Source of the DNA: Verrucomicrobiota bacterium
Lineage (GTDB): Bacteria > Verrucomicrobiota > Verrucomicrobiia > Verrucomicrobiales > Verrucomicrobiaceae
Direction of reading: 5' to 3'
DNA: 35,799 nt
Assembly (NCBI GenBank): GCA_043757085.1
Contig: JAYVQB010000084.1
Coordinates: forward strand, 1-35,799
Below are positions 23,102 through 31,752 of the stretch, one piece after another. The number at the start of each line of letters is the position of its first letter. Within the stretch, counting starts at the first letter, position 1. The translations under genes and the position numbers were made by a program. The notes beneath the pieces were generated by a model that was not told where the DNA came from, searched no databases, and saw only the letters and a list, made by a program, of their open reading frames with translations.

Positions 23102-23398
23102 TTAAATGCTCTTCAGTTTTTTAGCTATCCAACGCGGATCGCGGCGCCCATCAACCACAGCTCTGACGAGAATGGATTCATTTTCGATAGAATAATAAAT
23201 CGAGTATGGGAAGCGAGATACCAGCATTTTATGATAACCGCCGACCTTCCGATGGATGCCTGCAAAACGGGGAAGTGTTTCGATTTGTGCAGATAGACTT
23301 TCGAGAAAATACCGTCCGATTCCAGCCTCTTGATTCTCGTAGAAATAATATCCCTCGGCCAAGTCCAGATTTGCCGATGGAAGTATGAGCACGGTCAT
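23102..23398 (-). CDS. Type II toxin, RelE/ParE superfamily
   Basis: 98 aa. ...HKMLVSRFPYSIYYSIENESILVRAVVDGRRDP is the typical ParE/RelE C-terminal pattern. 4-nt overlap with the upstream small antitoxin gene. Confidence 0.75.
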   Translation of the reverse strand: MTVLILPSANLDLAEGYYFYENQEAGIGRYFLESLSAQIETLPRFAGIHRKVGGYHKMLVSRFPYSIYYSIENESILVRAVVDGRRDPRWIAKKLKSI

Positions 23399-23634
23399 CG
23401 ATTGCAGAGTGCCATGAGCTTTTGTTTAGCAACATCCCACGGAATTGGAATTTCAAGACCCGCGCGATAACGGTCTTCGCGCTCTTGAAGAAGATCAAGA
23501 TGCCACTGCGGCGATTCAATTTCATCTCGGTTGTCGCCCAGTGACTCCCGGATATCCGCTATCGCTTGAAGCTTTTCCTTCATGCTCATGGTTTCCAGAT
23601 TCGGAATCAACGTGCTCATGGGGCATTCTCTCAC
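23395..23634 (-). CDS. Antitoxin, putative addiction-module component (TIGR02574-like)
   Basis: Small acidic protein. ...MSMKEKLQAIADIRESLGDN....PQWHLDLLQEREDRY... resembles the addiction-module component family. The start could instead be the Met at 23619. Confidence 0.65.
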   Translation of the reverse strand: MRECPMSTLIPNLETMSMKEKLQAIADIRESLGDNRDEIESPQWHLDLLQEREDRYRAGLEIPIPWDVAKQKLMALCNR

Positions 23635-23670
23635 TTGTTAAATCCATTGTCCAATAAGCTCTGCCGCGCT

Positions 23671-25209
23671 TCAAAGCCTTCTCCACACCCGTCCGTCGGC
23701 GGAGAGCAAGTCGTCCGATTCCTTCGGCCCCCATGAACCGGCGGGATATTCGCACATTGGCGGTTGCGGGCAGTCATTGTGCCAGGCGTGCTCGATCTCA
23801 TCAATGAATGTCCATGCGTTCTCCACTTCATCGCGACGGGCGAAGAGCGTGGCGTCTCCGGTCATGGCATCCAGCAGCAAGCGTTCGTAGGCTTCCGGGC
23901 TGGCCTTGCCGAAGCTGGTGCTATAACGAAAATCCATCTTCACGGGTTGCATGATGAGCTGCACACCGGGCATCTTCGAGAGCATCCGCAATGAGATGCC
24001 TTCATCCGGCTGAATGCGGATGACGAGCACATTGCGCGTGCCGCGTTGCAATGTAGTGGGGAAGGGGGCTTGCGGCGGATACTTAAAATGCACGGAGATT
24101 TCTGTGGCCTTCTTCGGCAATTGTTTACCCACGCGCATGTAAAACGGAACGCCCTGCCAGCGCCAGGTGTCCACGAACAATCGCAACGCCACATAGCACT
24201 CGGTCATGCTCTGGGGATTCACGCGATCCTCTTGCCGGTAGCCGACGCACTCCACGCCATCCACACTACCGGCGATGTATTGCGCGCGGATCACATTGGC
24301 TGCGACTTCATCTGGGCCGCGCCACTTGCGAAGCGAACGGATGACCTTGACCTTTTCATCGCGCACGGAGTCCGCGCTGAGATCAGTCGGCGGCTCCATG
24401 GCCACGAGGCTGAGCAACTGGAACAAATGATTCTGCACCATGTCGCGCAAGGCGCCTGCCGTGTCGTAATAACCGCCGCGTCCACCTTCCATGCCGAGAT
24501 TTTCCGAGCAGGTAATTTGGATGTGGTCGATGTAGCGGCTGTTCCAGTTCGGCTCGAACATGATATTCGCAAAGCGCAACACCATGATGTTCTGGGCCGT
24601 TTCCTTGCCGAGATAATGGTCGATGCGGTAAGTGTCGCGCTCGTGGAAAGTCGCGTTCACCACTTCATTCAAATGGCGTGCAGTTACGAGATCTTTACCA
24701 AATGGCTTCTCGCAAACGACGCGCGCCCATTTGCCGCCTGCGCCCTCGTTCAGGCCGCTCTCACGCAGCTTGAGCATGATCTGGTCAAAAAACTCTGGCG
24801 CAGATGCGAGATAGAAAAGACGGTTCGCAGGCACGCCACGTTGCCTGTCAAATTCATCAAGCATGACCTTGAGCGATTTGTATCCCTCGATGTCCTGAAA
24901 CTCGCATTGATGGTAGTGAATATTCTGGACAAAGCTGGCCCACAAAGTCGCGTCATGTCCCTGACGGGAATTTTTCTTGTTGGATTCTTCCAGCTCGGCG
25001 CGGAATCCTTCATCTGATTTTTCTCTACGTGCAAAGCCCACGACTTTGAAGTGCGGTGGAAGATCACCGCCCGCAGCGAGATTGTAGAGTGCCGGGATGA
25101 GCTTGCGATGCGTCAGGTCGCCAGTCGCGCCGAAGATGACCATCGTGCAAGGCTCGGCGCGATGCCTTTGGATGAGAGTTTCTTGAAATGGGTTTTCTGA
25201 GTCGGGCAT
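23671..25209 (-). CDS. zwf: Glucose-6-phosphate 1-dehydrogenase
   Basis: VIFGATGDLTHRKLIPALYNL (NADP-binding), RIDHYLGKE (active-site motif) and EKPFG motifs. Confidence 0.95.
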   Translation of the reverse strand: MPDSENPFQETLIQRHRAEPCTMVIFGATGDLTHRKLIPALYNLAAGGDLPPHFKVVGFARREKSDEGFRAELEESNKKNSRQGHDATLWASFVQNIHYHQCEFQDIEGYKSLKVMLDEFDRQRGVPANRLFYLASAPEFFDQIMLKLRESGLNEGAGGKWARVVCEKPFGKDLVTARHLNEVVNATFHERDTYRIDHYLGKETAQNIMVLRFANIMFEPNWNSRYIDHIQITCSENLGMEGGRGGYYDTAGALRDMVQNHLFQLLSLVAMEPPTDLSADSVRDEKVKVIRSLRKWRGPDEVAANVIRAQYIAGSVDGVECVGYRQEDRVNPQSMTECYVALRLFVDTWRWQGVPFYMRVGKQLPKKATEISVHFKYPPQAPFPTTLQRGTRNVLVIRIQPDEGISLRMLSKMPGVQLIMQPVKMDFRYSTSFGKASPEAYERLLLDAMTGDATLFARRDEVENAWTFIDEIEHAWHNDCPQPPMCEYPAGSWGPKESDDLLSADGRVWRRL

Positions 25210-25268
25210 AAAATACGAAGGCGGAGACTACGACGCGGAGGAGGGGTGCGCAACCGTGCCGCTCCAAG

Positions 25269-25922
25269 TTATGGAGCAGGGTTGAGCAAATCCCCTGCCA
25301 TTCCTGAATGCTCCCGAATAAACTTATCGGGCGCGAGGCGGTCCAGCGGGCCATCGGCGTAACCGAGTCCCGGATAAACCGATGTGCTCTGCCGCACTTC
25401 AAAATGCAGATGCGCCAGATAGTGCCCGTTCGCCGTGCCCACAGTTCCGATTTGCTGTCCACGTTTCAATAAGTCGCCATGCTTGATCATTACCTTTTCC
25501 ATGTGGGCATAGACCGTTTGATAGGTCCGCCAGCCGTGAGGCGCAGCAGCATCCGGCACCCGATGTCCGATGATGACCATGTTGCCCCAGCCATCAGCGG
25601 GAACTCCGCAATAAATGACCTTGCCTGCACCGCTGGCGAAAATTGGATCGCCGAAATCAGAATTCCAGCCGCCCACGCCATTCAGATCACTGCCCAGATG
25701 TCGCGTGGTTTGGAACGGTTGCGCGTCATAAGTCAGCGCGCCGAGTTGGCTGCCGACGGGGGATTCAAAACGTGGCGCCAGTGGTAACGCGGCGATTTCC
25801 AATGCCGACAAGCGAACGAAGGCTGCATCAAAGGGCTTCGTCGGCGCATCCTTTTTGGGCGCACAGCCAGCAATGACGCAAACGATCAGCAGGGCTGACA
25901 GGCAGTTTCGTGAGAAAAGCAT
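25269..25922 (-). CDS. M23-family metallopeptidase, probable lipoprotein
   Basis: HxxxD/HLH catalytic pattern (...GHYLAHLHFEV...). Met at 25922 gives the signal peptide MLFSRNCLSALLIVCVIAGC with a lipobox Cys. The track's longer start (25994) would collide with the divergent fur-family gene. Confidence 0.8.
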   Translation of the reverse strand: MLFSRNCLSALLIVCVIAGCAPKKDAPTKPFDAAFVRLSALEIAALPLAPRFESPVGSQLGALTYDAQPFQTTRHLGSDLNGVGGWNSDFGDPIFASGAGKVIYCGVPADGWGNMVIIGHRVPDAAAPHGWRTYQTVYAHMEKVMIKHGDLLKRGQQIGTVGTANGHYLAHLHFEVRQSTSVYPGLGYADGPLDRLAPDKFIREHSGMAGDLLNPAP

Positions 25923-25993
25923 TTTTATAGGAGTCGCCGATCCCTGCCCCGCACGCAAGGTTCGCGTTGACTCTTGACCGATGGCTTGGAACA

Positions 25994-26476
25994 ATGTGCC
26001 ATCCGATGACTGAAACCGTTCGCCAGCAGCTTGATGTTTTTCTCGCCAGCAGCGGCTTGCGCCGCACCAAGCCGCGCGATGTGATCATCGAGGCCGCGTT
26101 CGGAACGCGAGAACACTTCAATGCCGATGAACTGCACGAGATGGTGCGGCGGATTGATCGCAGCATTTCGAGAGCCACGGTTTATCGCACGCTCAGTTTG
26201 CTCGTGAAGTGCGGCCTGCTGCGCGAGGTCGATCTCGGGCGCGACCAGACATATTACGATCCGAACTTCCTCGACAAGCCGGAGCACAACCACCTTATCT
26301 GCGTGGACTGCGGGCGCGTGGTGGAATTTGAAGATGAACACATCGCGCTGTTGGAGGACTGCATCACGCGCCGTCTGGGATTCACCCCGGCAAAGAAAAG
26401 CATTCACATCGAAGCCAGTTGCGAGGAGTTGTCGCGCACTGGGCACTGCCAGAACCGCCGGGTTGTCGCCAAGTGA
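25994..26476 (+). CDS. Fur-family metalloregulator (Fur/Zur/PerR type not resolved)
   Basis: Winged-helix ...SRATVYRTLSLLVKCGLL... followed by HNHLICVDCGRVVEF (CxxC) and a C-terminal Cys pair. The start is ambiguous (ATG 25994 or 26006). Confidence 0.85.
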   Translation: MCHPMTETVRQQLDVFLASSGLRRTKPRDVIIEAAFGTREHFNADELHEMVRRIDRSISRATVYRTLSLLVKCGLLREVDLGRDQTYYDPNFLDKPEHNHLICVDCGRVVEFEDEHIALLEDCITRRLGFTPAKKSIHIEASCEELSRTGHCQNRRVVAK

Positions 26477-26533
26477 GAGGGGGCTGACTCGCGCTTGCGA
26501 GACTGGCCGGATGACCTACACTCCGCATTCGCC

Positions 26534-27904
26534 ATGTGGAAAGGCCGTTTTCAAGAACCAACCAGCGCGCTCGTGCGGCGCTACGGGGAATCCGTGTCCT
26601 TCGATTGGCGGCTATACGCCCATGACATCCGGGGTTCCATCGCCCACGCCCGCGCCTTGCAGAAGGCGGGCATCCTGACGCAAAAGGAATTCAAGGCCAT
26701 CGAAAAAGGTTTGCTCGACATCAAGTCGGACATCCTGGCGGGCAATTTCAAATGGAGCGAAGAACTCGAGGACGTTCACATGAACATCGAGTCCGAGCTG
26801 ACCAAACGCATCGGCCCCGCAGGCGCGAAGCTGCACACTGCGCGCAGCCGCAACGACCAAGTGGCCACCGATGTGCGGCTCTGGTGTCGCGATGAGATTG
26901 ATGCCATTCTCGGTCATGCGCGCAGTTTGCAGCGCGCGCTGGTCGAATGCGCCCAGCGCAATTCATCCGTCGTCATGCCCGGCTACACACATCTTCAACG
27001 GGCGCAGCCAGTCTTGTTCGCGCATCATCTGCTCGCCTATGTGGAAATGCTGGCGCGGGACACGGATCGGCTTCGCGATGCGCGGCGGCGGCTCAATGTG
27101 CTGCCGCTCGGCTCCGGTGCCATCGCGGGTTCCACGATCATTCTCGACCGCAAGCTTGTCGCCAAGGAACTTGGCTTTGATAGCGTGTCGCAAAACTCGA
27201 TGGACGCCGTGAGCGACCGTGACTTCATCGCGGAAATACTTTTTGCCATTGCGATGGCTGGCATTCATCTCTCGCGCCTCAGCGAAGATATAATTTTGTG
27301 GGTCAGCGCGGAATTCGGATTCGTTACATTAAGCGACGCGCACACCACTGGCTCCAGCTTGATGCCACAGAAGAAAAATCCCGACGTGGCCGAACTCACA
27401 CGCGGCAAGTCAGGGCGATTGGTGGGTAATTTGATGAGCTTGCTCACGACGCTCAAGGGTTTGCCGATGACTTACAATCGCGACTTGCAGGAGGACAAGG
27501 AACCGCTCTTTGATTCCGTGGATACGATCAAGCTTGCGCTGGAAGTCTTTGCGGAAATGATCGGTGGCATGGATGTGAATGAAGCGAAGACTTCAGCGGC
27601 TGCAGCTGACCCCTTGTTGCTCGCGACCGATCTCGCGGATTATCTCGTGAAGCGCGGCGTGCCATTTCGTCAGGCGCATGAAGTCATCGGCAAGCTGGTG
27701 GCGCATACGGTGAAAACGGGGCGCACGTTCCCTGAACTTGCACTCACGGACTATCGGAAATTCAGCGATACTTTTGAAATTGGTGTGTTTGATTTGCTTG
27801 AAATTAAAGCCGCACTCGCGGCACGCAACGGCATTGGTGCTCCCTCGCCGAAAAATGTTACTCTGCGGCTGAAGCACTGGCGCAAAGTTTTGTCGAAGGA
27901 TTGA
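26534..27904 (+). CDS. argH: Argininosuccinate lyase
   Basis: MWKGRF...DWRLYAHDIRGSIAHARAL..., ...GYTHLQRAQP... and ...GSSLMPQKKNPD (fumarate-lyase signature). ATG 26534 is preferred over the track's upstream start. Confidence 0.95.
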   Translation: MWKGRFQEPTSALVRRYGESVSFDWRLYAHDIRGSIAHARALQKAGILTQKEFKAIEKGLLDIKSDILAGNFKWSEELEDVHMNIESELTKRIGPAGAKLHTARSRNDQVATDVRLWCRDEIDAILGHARSLQRALVECAQRNSSVVMPGYTHLQRAQPVLFAHHLLAYVEMLARDTDRLRDARRRLNVLPLGSGAIAGSTIILDRKLVAKELGFDSVSQNSMDAVSDRDFIAEILFAIAMAGIHLSRLSEDIILWVSAEFGFVTLSDAHTTGSSLMPQKKNPDVAELTRGKSGRLVGNLMSLLTTLKGLPMTYNRDLQEDKEPLFDSVDTIKLALEVFAEMIGGMDVNEAKTSAAAADPLLLATDLADYLVKRGVPFRQAHEVIGKLVAHTVKTGRTFPELALTDYRKFSDTFEIGVFDLLEIKAALAARNGIGAPSPKNVTLRLKHWRKVLSKD

Positions 27905-27907
27905 TCC

Positions 27908-28510
27908 ATGATTTTTCCAGACTTCGAGCTTTGTGAGATCAAGGATCATGATGGCTGGCAGAAGCTGCCGGGTCGCCGGGTTTATGAGGGGCCGTATGTG
28001 CAGATTGAGGAATGCAGTTTTTTAACTCCGGCGCGGCCAGACAAGCCCGTGCCTTGGACGGTGGCTTATCGCAAGTCGGCGGTGGCCGTGGCGCCGATCA
28101 CGGAGGATGGGCGTTTCATTCTGATTCATCAGGAGCGCCTGCCCATTCAGCGGGCTTTGTGGGAATTTCCTGCCGGACAGATTGATGATGAACATTCCTG
28201 CGCAAACATTGCTCAAACTGCGTTGCGCGAAATGGACGAGGAAGCCGGGTGCGAATTATCGCCGATGGGTGAACTGACCGCGCTGGGCTGGTTTTTTGGT
28301 TCGCAAGGATTCACTGGCGAGCACGTTTATCTCTTTGTCGCACGTCCGGTGCAGATCGTCCGCCAGCCGCAGCCAGTGGGCGGCGAGCACATTGGCGAAG
28401 TGCGGACGGTGACGGCGGACGAGTTGCGGGACATGGTGGCGCGGAACGAGGTGCAGGATGCGCTGACGCTGGCACTGTTTGCGCGGATGACGGCGCGAGG
28501 CATCATTTGA
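27908..28510 (+). CDS. Nudix hydrolase (ADP-ribose pyrophosphatase-like)
   Basis: Nudix box GQIDDEHSCANIAQTALREMDEEAG fits Gx5Ex7REUxEExGU. Confidence 0.85.
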   Translation: MIFPDFELCEIKDHDGWQKLPGRRVYEGPYVQIEECSFLTPARPDKPVPWTVAYRKSAVAVAPITEDGRFILIHQERLPIQRALWEFPAGQIDDEHSCANIAQTALREMDEEAGCELSPMGELTALGWFFGSQGFTGEHVYLFVARPVQIVRQPQPVGGEHIGEVRTVTADELRDMVARNEVQDALTLALFARMTARGII

Positions 28511-28550
28511 TAAGCGAATGAACTTACGACAAGATTTTGAATAGAATAAT

Positions 28551-29612
28551 ATGCTAAACTGGGTTTTCAAAAAAGTGGTCAAACTCCGGGAAAAGGTCTC
28601 CAAGGATCTTGGCCAGGAGGATGTCGAGAAACCGTTTCTCGAACACTTGGAGGATTTGCGCACCATGCTGGTGCGGATGGCGATGACGCTGGCGGTCTTT
28701 GTCATCGGCACTTTTATTTTTTATGATCATCTCTGGGGTCTCGTCACCTATCCTATTCATCTCGCCGGGCTGGACGGCAAAATCAAGTTCACCCAGTTGA
28801 ATCCCATCGGGGGTTTCATGGCCATCATGAACCTTTCGATTGCCGCTGGCATCGTCATCGCCTGCCCGCTGCTGCTTTATTTTCTCATGCAGTTCGTGTT
28901 GCCGGGACTTCGCACCACGGAGAAAAAAATCATGTTTCCCGCGCTGGCGGTCGGAGGCGGGCTGTTCCTTTTGGGTGCGTCGTTCGCCTATTTTATCGTC
29001 GTGCCCAAGGCGCTGGATTTCTTCTACCACTTCAATAATCACCTCTCGGACATTCCCGGTGGCGGAGGCCCGGCATCTGAAGGCACGATGTGGGGCATTC
29101 AGGAGTTCACCAAGTTCATCTGCCAGTTTGTTCTCATCTTCGGCCTTTGCTTTGAGCTGCCGGTCGTGGTTATGGCGCTCGTGAAGGTGGACATTCTGAG
29201 CTACAAGGTCATGAAAAGCTCGCGCAGTTGGGCGGCGATTGGTATTTGCGTGGTCTCGGCAGTTGTTGCGCCATCGCCTGATGTGTTCACTCTCGGCCTC
29301 ATCGCTGGGCCGTTGTATGCGCTTTACGAAATCTGCATCTGGCTCGCGTGGTGGCTCGACAAGCGTGACCGTGAGCTTTATCCCGAGCACTATAAGCAGA
29401 TTGAGGAAGATGAAAAAATAATGGATGCCCCCGATGACTGGGACAACGACAGCTACAATCCTTGGAGCAGCGATGATGATGAAGACGAGATCAAACCCGT
29501 CAAGCCGGTCGCATCTCCACACGGCACACAGCCGATGAACGATCAGCCCGCCAAGCCTGCAGACCCGAGTCATCATCCTGATGAACCCAATCACGACGCG
29601 AACAAAGACTGA
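28551..29612 (+). CDS. tatC: Twin-arginine translocase subunit TatC, with a long acidic C-terminal tail
   Basis: PFLEHLEDLRTMLVRMAMTL N-motif and six hydrophobic segments. About 84 extra acidic/Pro-rich residues follow the last TM. Confidence 0.9.
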   Translation: MLNWVFKKVVKLREKVSKDLGQEDVEKPFLEHLEDLRTMLVRMAMTLAVFVIGTFIFYDHLWGLVTYPIHLAGLDGKIKFTQLNPIGGFMAIMNLSIAAGIVIACPLLLYFLMQFVLPGLRTTEKKIMFPALAVGGGLFLLGASFAYFIVVPKALDFFYHFNNHLSDIPGGGGPASEGTMWGIQEFTKFICQFVLIFGLCFELPVVVMALVKVDILSYKVMKSSRSWAAIGICVVSAVVAPSPDVFTLGLIAGPLYALYEICIWLAWWLDKRDRELYPEHYKQIEEDEKIMDAPDDWDNDSYNPWSSDDDEDEIKPVKPVASPHGTQPMNDQPAKPADPSHHPDEPNHDANKD

Positions 29613-29621
29613 CGAAAAAAT

Positions 29622-30032
29622 ATGGTCGAAATCACAACCAGCTATGAAGGGCAACTGCGCTGCCGCGCGGTGCATGGACCATCGAAGACCGAACTCATCA
29701 CCGATGCCCCTGCCGACAACATGGGCAAAGGAGAGGCCTTCTCGCCCACCGATCTCGTCGCGACCGCACTGGCCACATGCATCCTCACGACCATCGGCAT
29801 TGTCGCGCAGCGCAAGGGCATTGAGATCAAGTCCATGCGCGCGAATGTGGAGAAGCACATGAGCGCGGATGCGCCCCGGCGCATTGTGAAGCTGCCGGTG
29901 AAGATTTGGATTTCCCTGCCGCCCGATCATCCCGAGCGCCCGCTGCTGGAAAGAACTGCGCACGGCTGCCCCGTGCATCAAAGCGTGCGGGCAGATTTGG
30001 AGATGCCCATTGAGTTTGTCTGGGAAGGATGA
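29622..30032 (+). CDS. OsmC-family protein
   Basis: 136 aa. ...GEAFSPTDLVATALATCILT... and ...AHGCPVHQS... are the two OsmC/Ohr Cys-region motifs. Confidence 0.8.
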   Translation: MVEITTSYEGQLRCRAVHGPSKTELITDAPADNMGKGEAFSPTDLVATALATCILTTIGIVAQRKGIEIKSMRANVEKHMSADAPRRIVKLPVKIWISLPPDHPERPLLERTAHGCPVHQSVRADLEMPIEFVWEG

Positions 30033-30103
30033 AGGCACGGTTGAGATGCCACTTGGCGTTTTCCATGTTCAGGTTATGATATGGCCCGAACAAGCATCCA
30101 ACC

Positions 30104-30652
30104 ATGTCTGACATCACACCTCCGTCGTCCGCCTCAACTTCTGAATCCACGGTCTGGAAAGGATGCACCTCCCAATGGTTGCACTGGCTTTTTTATCTGG
30201 TCTGTATATTGGCGGCGATAGGTATCACCGTCCTCTCTTACAGGTGGGAAGGTTTTCTGGCATGGGCGTTGCTGGCTCCTTTGGCGGCTGCGGCGGGACG
30301 GTTTTGGGTGACGCGATGCACCTCTTATGAACTGACTACGGAGCGCCTCATGAAAAGCAGCGGCGTCTTTAACCGGCGTCTCGACAATCTGGAGCTATAC
30401 CGGGTGCGCGACTACACCGTTCTCCAGCCCTTTCTCATGCGGATGCTCGGGCTGGGAAATCTTCACCTGGTCACTTCGGATGCGGCAAATCCTGAGCTTT
30501 CCATCGAAGCCGTCTGGGGCATCGAGATCATTCGCGAGCAATTGCGCAAAGCGGTCGAGGCCGCGCGCGACCGCAAACGCGTGCGCCAGATGGACGTGGA
30601 CAATGTTGATGTCGGCGGCCCTAGCGCTGACGATCAGGGTCATCACGATTGA
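30104..30652 (+). CDS. bPH_2 (YdbS/YdbT-like, DUF304) membrane-flanked PH-domain protein
   Basis: Two N-terminal TM segments, then YELTTERLMKSSGVFNRRLDNLELYRVRDYTVLQPFLMRMLGLGNLHLVTSD, the bacterial PH-domain pattern. Confidence 0.75.
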   Translation: MSDITPPSSASTSESTVWKGCTSQWLHWLFYLVCILAAIGITVLSYRWEGFLAWALLAPLAAAAGRFWVTRCTSYELTTERLMKSSGVFNRRLDNLELYRVRDYTVLQPFLMRMLGLGNLHLVTSDAANPELSIEAVWGIEIIREQLRKAVEAARDRKRVRQMDVDNVDVGGPSADDQGHHD

Positions 30653-30903
30653 TGGCGCAGCTTGCGCAGTGGATGACCGCTGAGATTTTTGAGTCTTTAA
30701 ATTCTGGTGCGCGGTAATGATGGCAATGCCCGGACAGGCAAATCAGTCTATAGGGCTATGCACTTGACGCTTGTCGCCCCCCCTATCAGTCTAAACGCTT
30801 TTTACGCGTAGTATGAAAAGCGGTGTAATTAGATGATAATTCTAAAAAATCCAAAATTTCACTAGACTTATCAAGAAAAGTTAAGTATTTTAGAGCAGTA
30901 ATT

Positions 30904-31659
30904 ATGGTTGCCACTGCTAATCCACCCGCCAATCCCATGCAGTTCGTTTTCCCGACCCAGTTGAATCTTGGTCTGCAAGACTCCGAGGGATTCCACCAAG
31001 AACTCTTGCGTGGCCTCACGCACAAGCTGAACAACCTACTGGCTATCATCCAGGGTTTCAGCAGCTTGATCCTCATGAACGATGATCTGGACCCCTCGAT
31101 TCTGGAAAACATGAAGCACATCAAAGAGGCTTCAGTCAGCATCTCTGGACTCAGCGACCGCATCCGTGCCGCCGGTGGTTGCGCCAAGGTCACGCTGCAA
31201 CCGCTCAATCTCGATGAATATCTGGGAGTGGTGTCCACTGCCTTGCACGAGCCCTTTGTCAGATGCGGAGTGCCCTTCGAGATGGACATCACTCATGGAC
31301 TGCCACCGGCATCAGTCGATCCCTCCAAGTTCAAGGAACTCCTGCTCGAACTCCTCAAGAACGCTGCCGAAGCTGCGCAAAAATTCGGTGGTCGCGCCCT
31401 CATGCAGGTGACTGGCCCCGGCGTCATTAGCCCGGCGTCAGAAAACCGGGTGGACATTCTCATCAGCAACACCGGTTCCCAAATTTCGCCAGAAAAACTC
31501 GCCGATGTCTTCCGTCCCTTCCAAGGCACGAAGAACAGCAATCATCTCGGCCTCGGCCTCACCATCGCCGCCATGCTCGGTCACATGATGAACATCCGCC
31601 TCGGCGTGAATTCCCAAGACAACACCACGACCTTCTGGGTCAGCGTGGCTGCCGCCTGA
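30904..31659 (+). CDS. Small cytoplasmic sensor histidine kinase (DHp + HATPase_c only, no TM or sensor domain)
   Basis: H-box GLTHKLNNLLAIIQGF, N-box ELLKNAAEA, F-box FRPF, G2-box HLGLGLTIA. Confidence 0.8.
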   Translation: MVATANPPANPMQFVFPTQLNLGLQDSEGFHQELLRGLTHKLNNLLAIIQGFSSLILMNDDLDPSILENMKHIKEASVSISGLSDRIRAAGGCAKVTLQPLNLDEYLGVVSTALHEPFVRCGVPFEMDITHGLPPASVDPSKFKELLLELLKNAAEAAQKFGGRALMQVTGPGVISPASENRVDILISNTGSQISPEKLADVFRPFQGTKNSNHLGLGLTIAAMLGHMMNIRLGVNSQDNTTTFWVSVAAA

Positions 31660-31684
31660 AATTTTTCACAACCACACTCCTACG

Positions 31685-31720
31685 AAAAACGCGCGGAAGT
31701 ATGCCTTCCGCGCGTTTTTT
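31685..31720. terminator. Bidirectional rho-independent terminator between the convergent kinase and regulator genes
   Basis: AAAAA-CGCGCGGAAG-tatgc-CTTCCGCGCG-TTTTTT: 10-bp perfect GC-rich stem flanked by an A-run and a T-run. Confidence 0.85.
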
Positions 31721-31752
31721 GTTTGAGATGGATTTTGTGATTTACCGGTGGC

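Noticed and set aside
28554-30038. 494-aa ORF on the minus strand opposite tatC and the OsmC-family gene. Similar long antisense ORFs occur at 31981-33066 (+), 24046-25017 (+), 13212-14021 (-), 4480-5166 (-), 11017-11742 (-), 20209-20844 (-) and 17697-18260 (-).
   Set aside because: Each lies entirely antisense to a gene with strong family motifs. Each has Arg/Ala/Gly/His-rich low-information composition typical of shadow ORFs in GC-rich DNA. None shows a recognisable domain.
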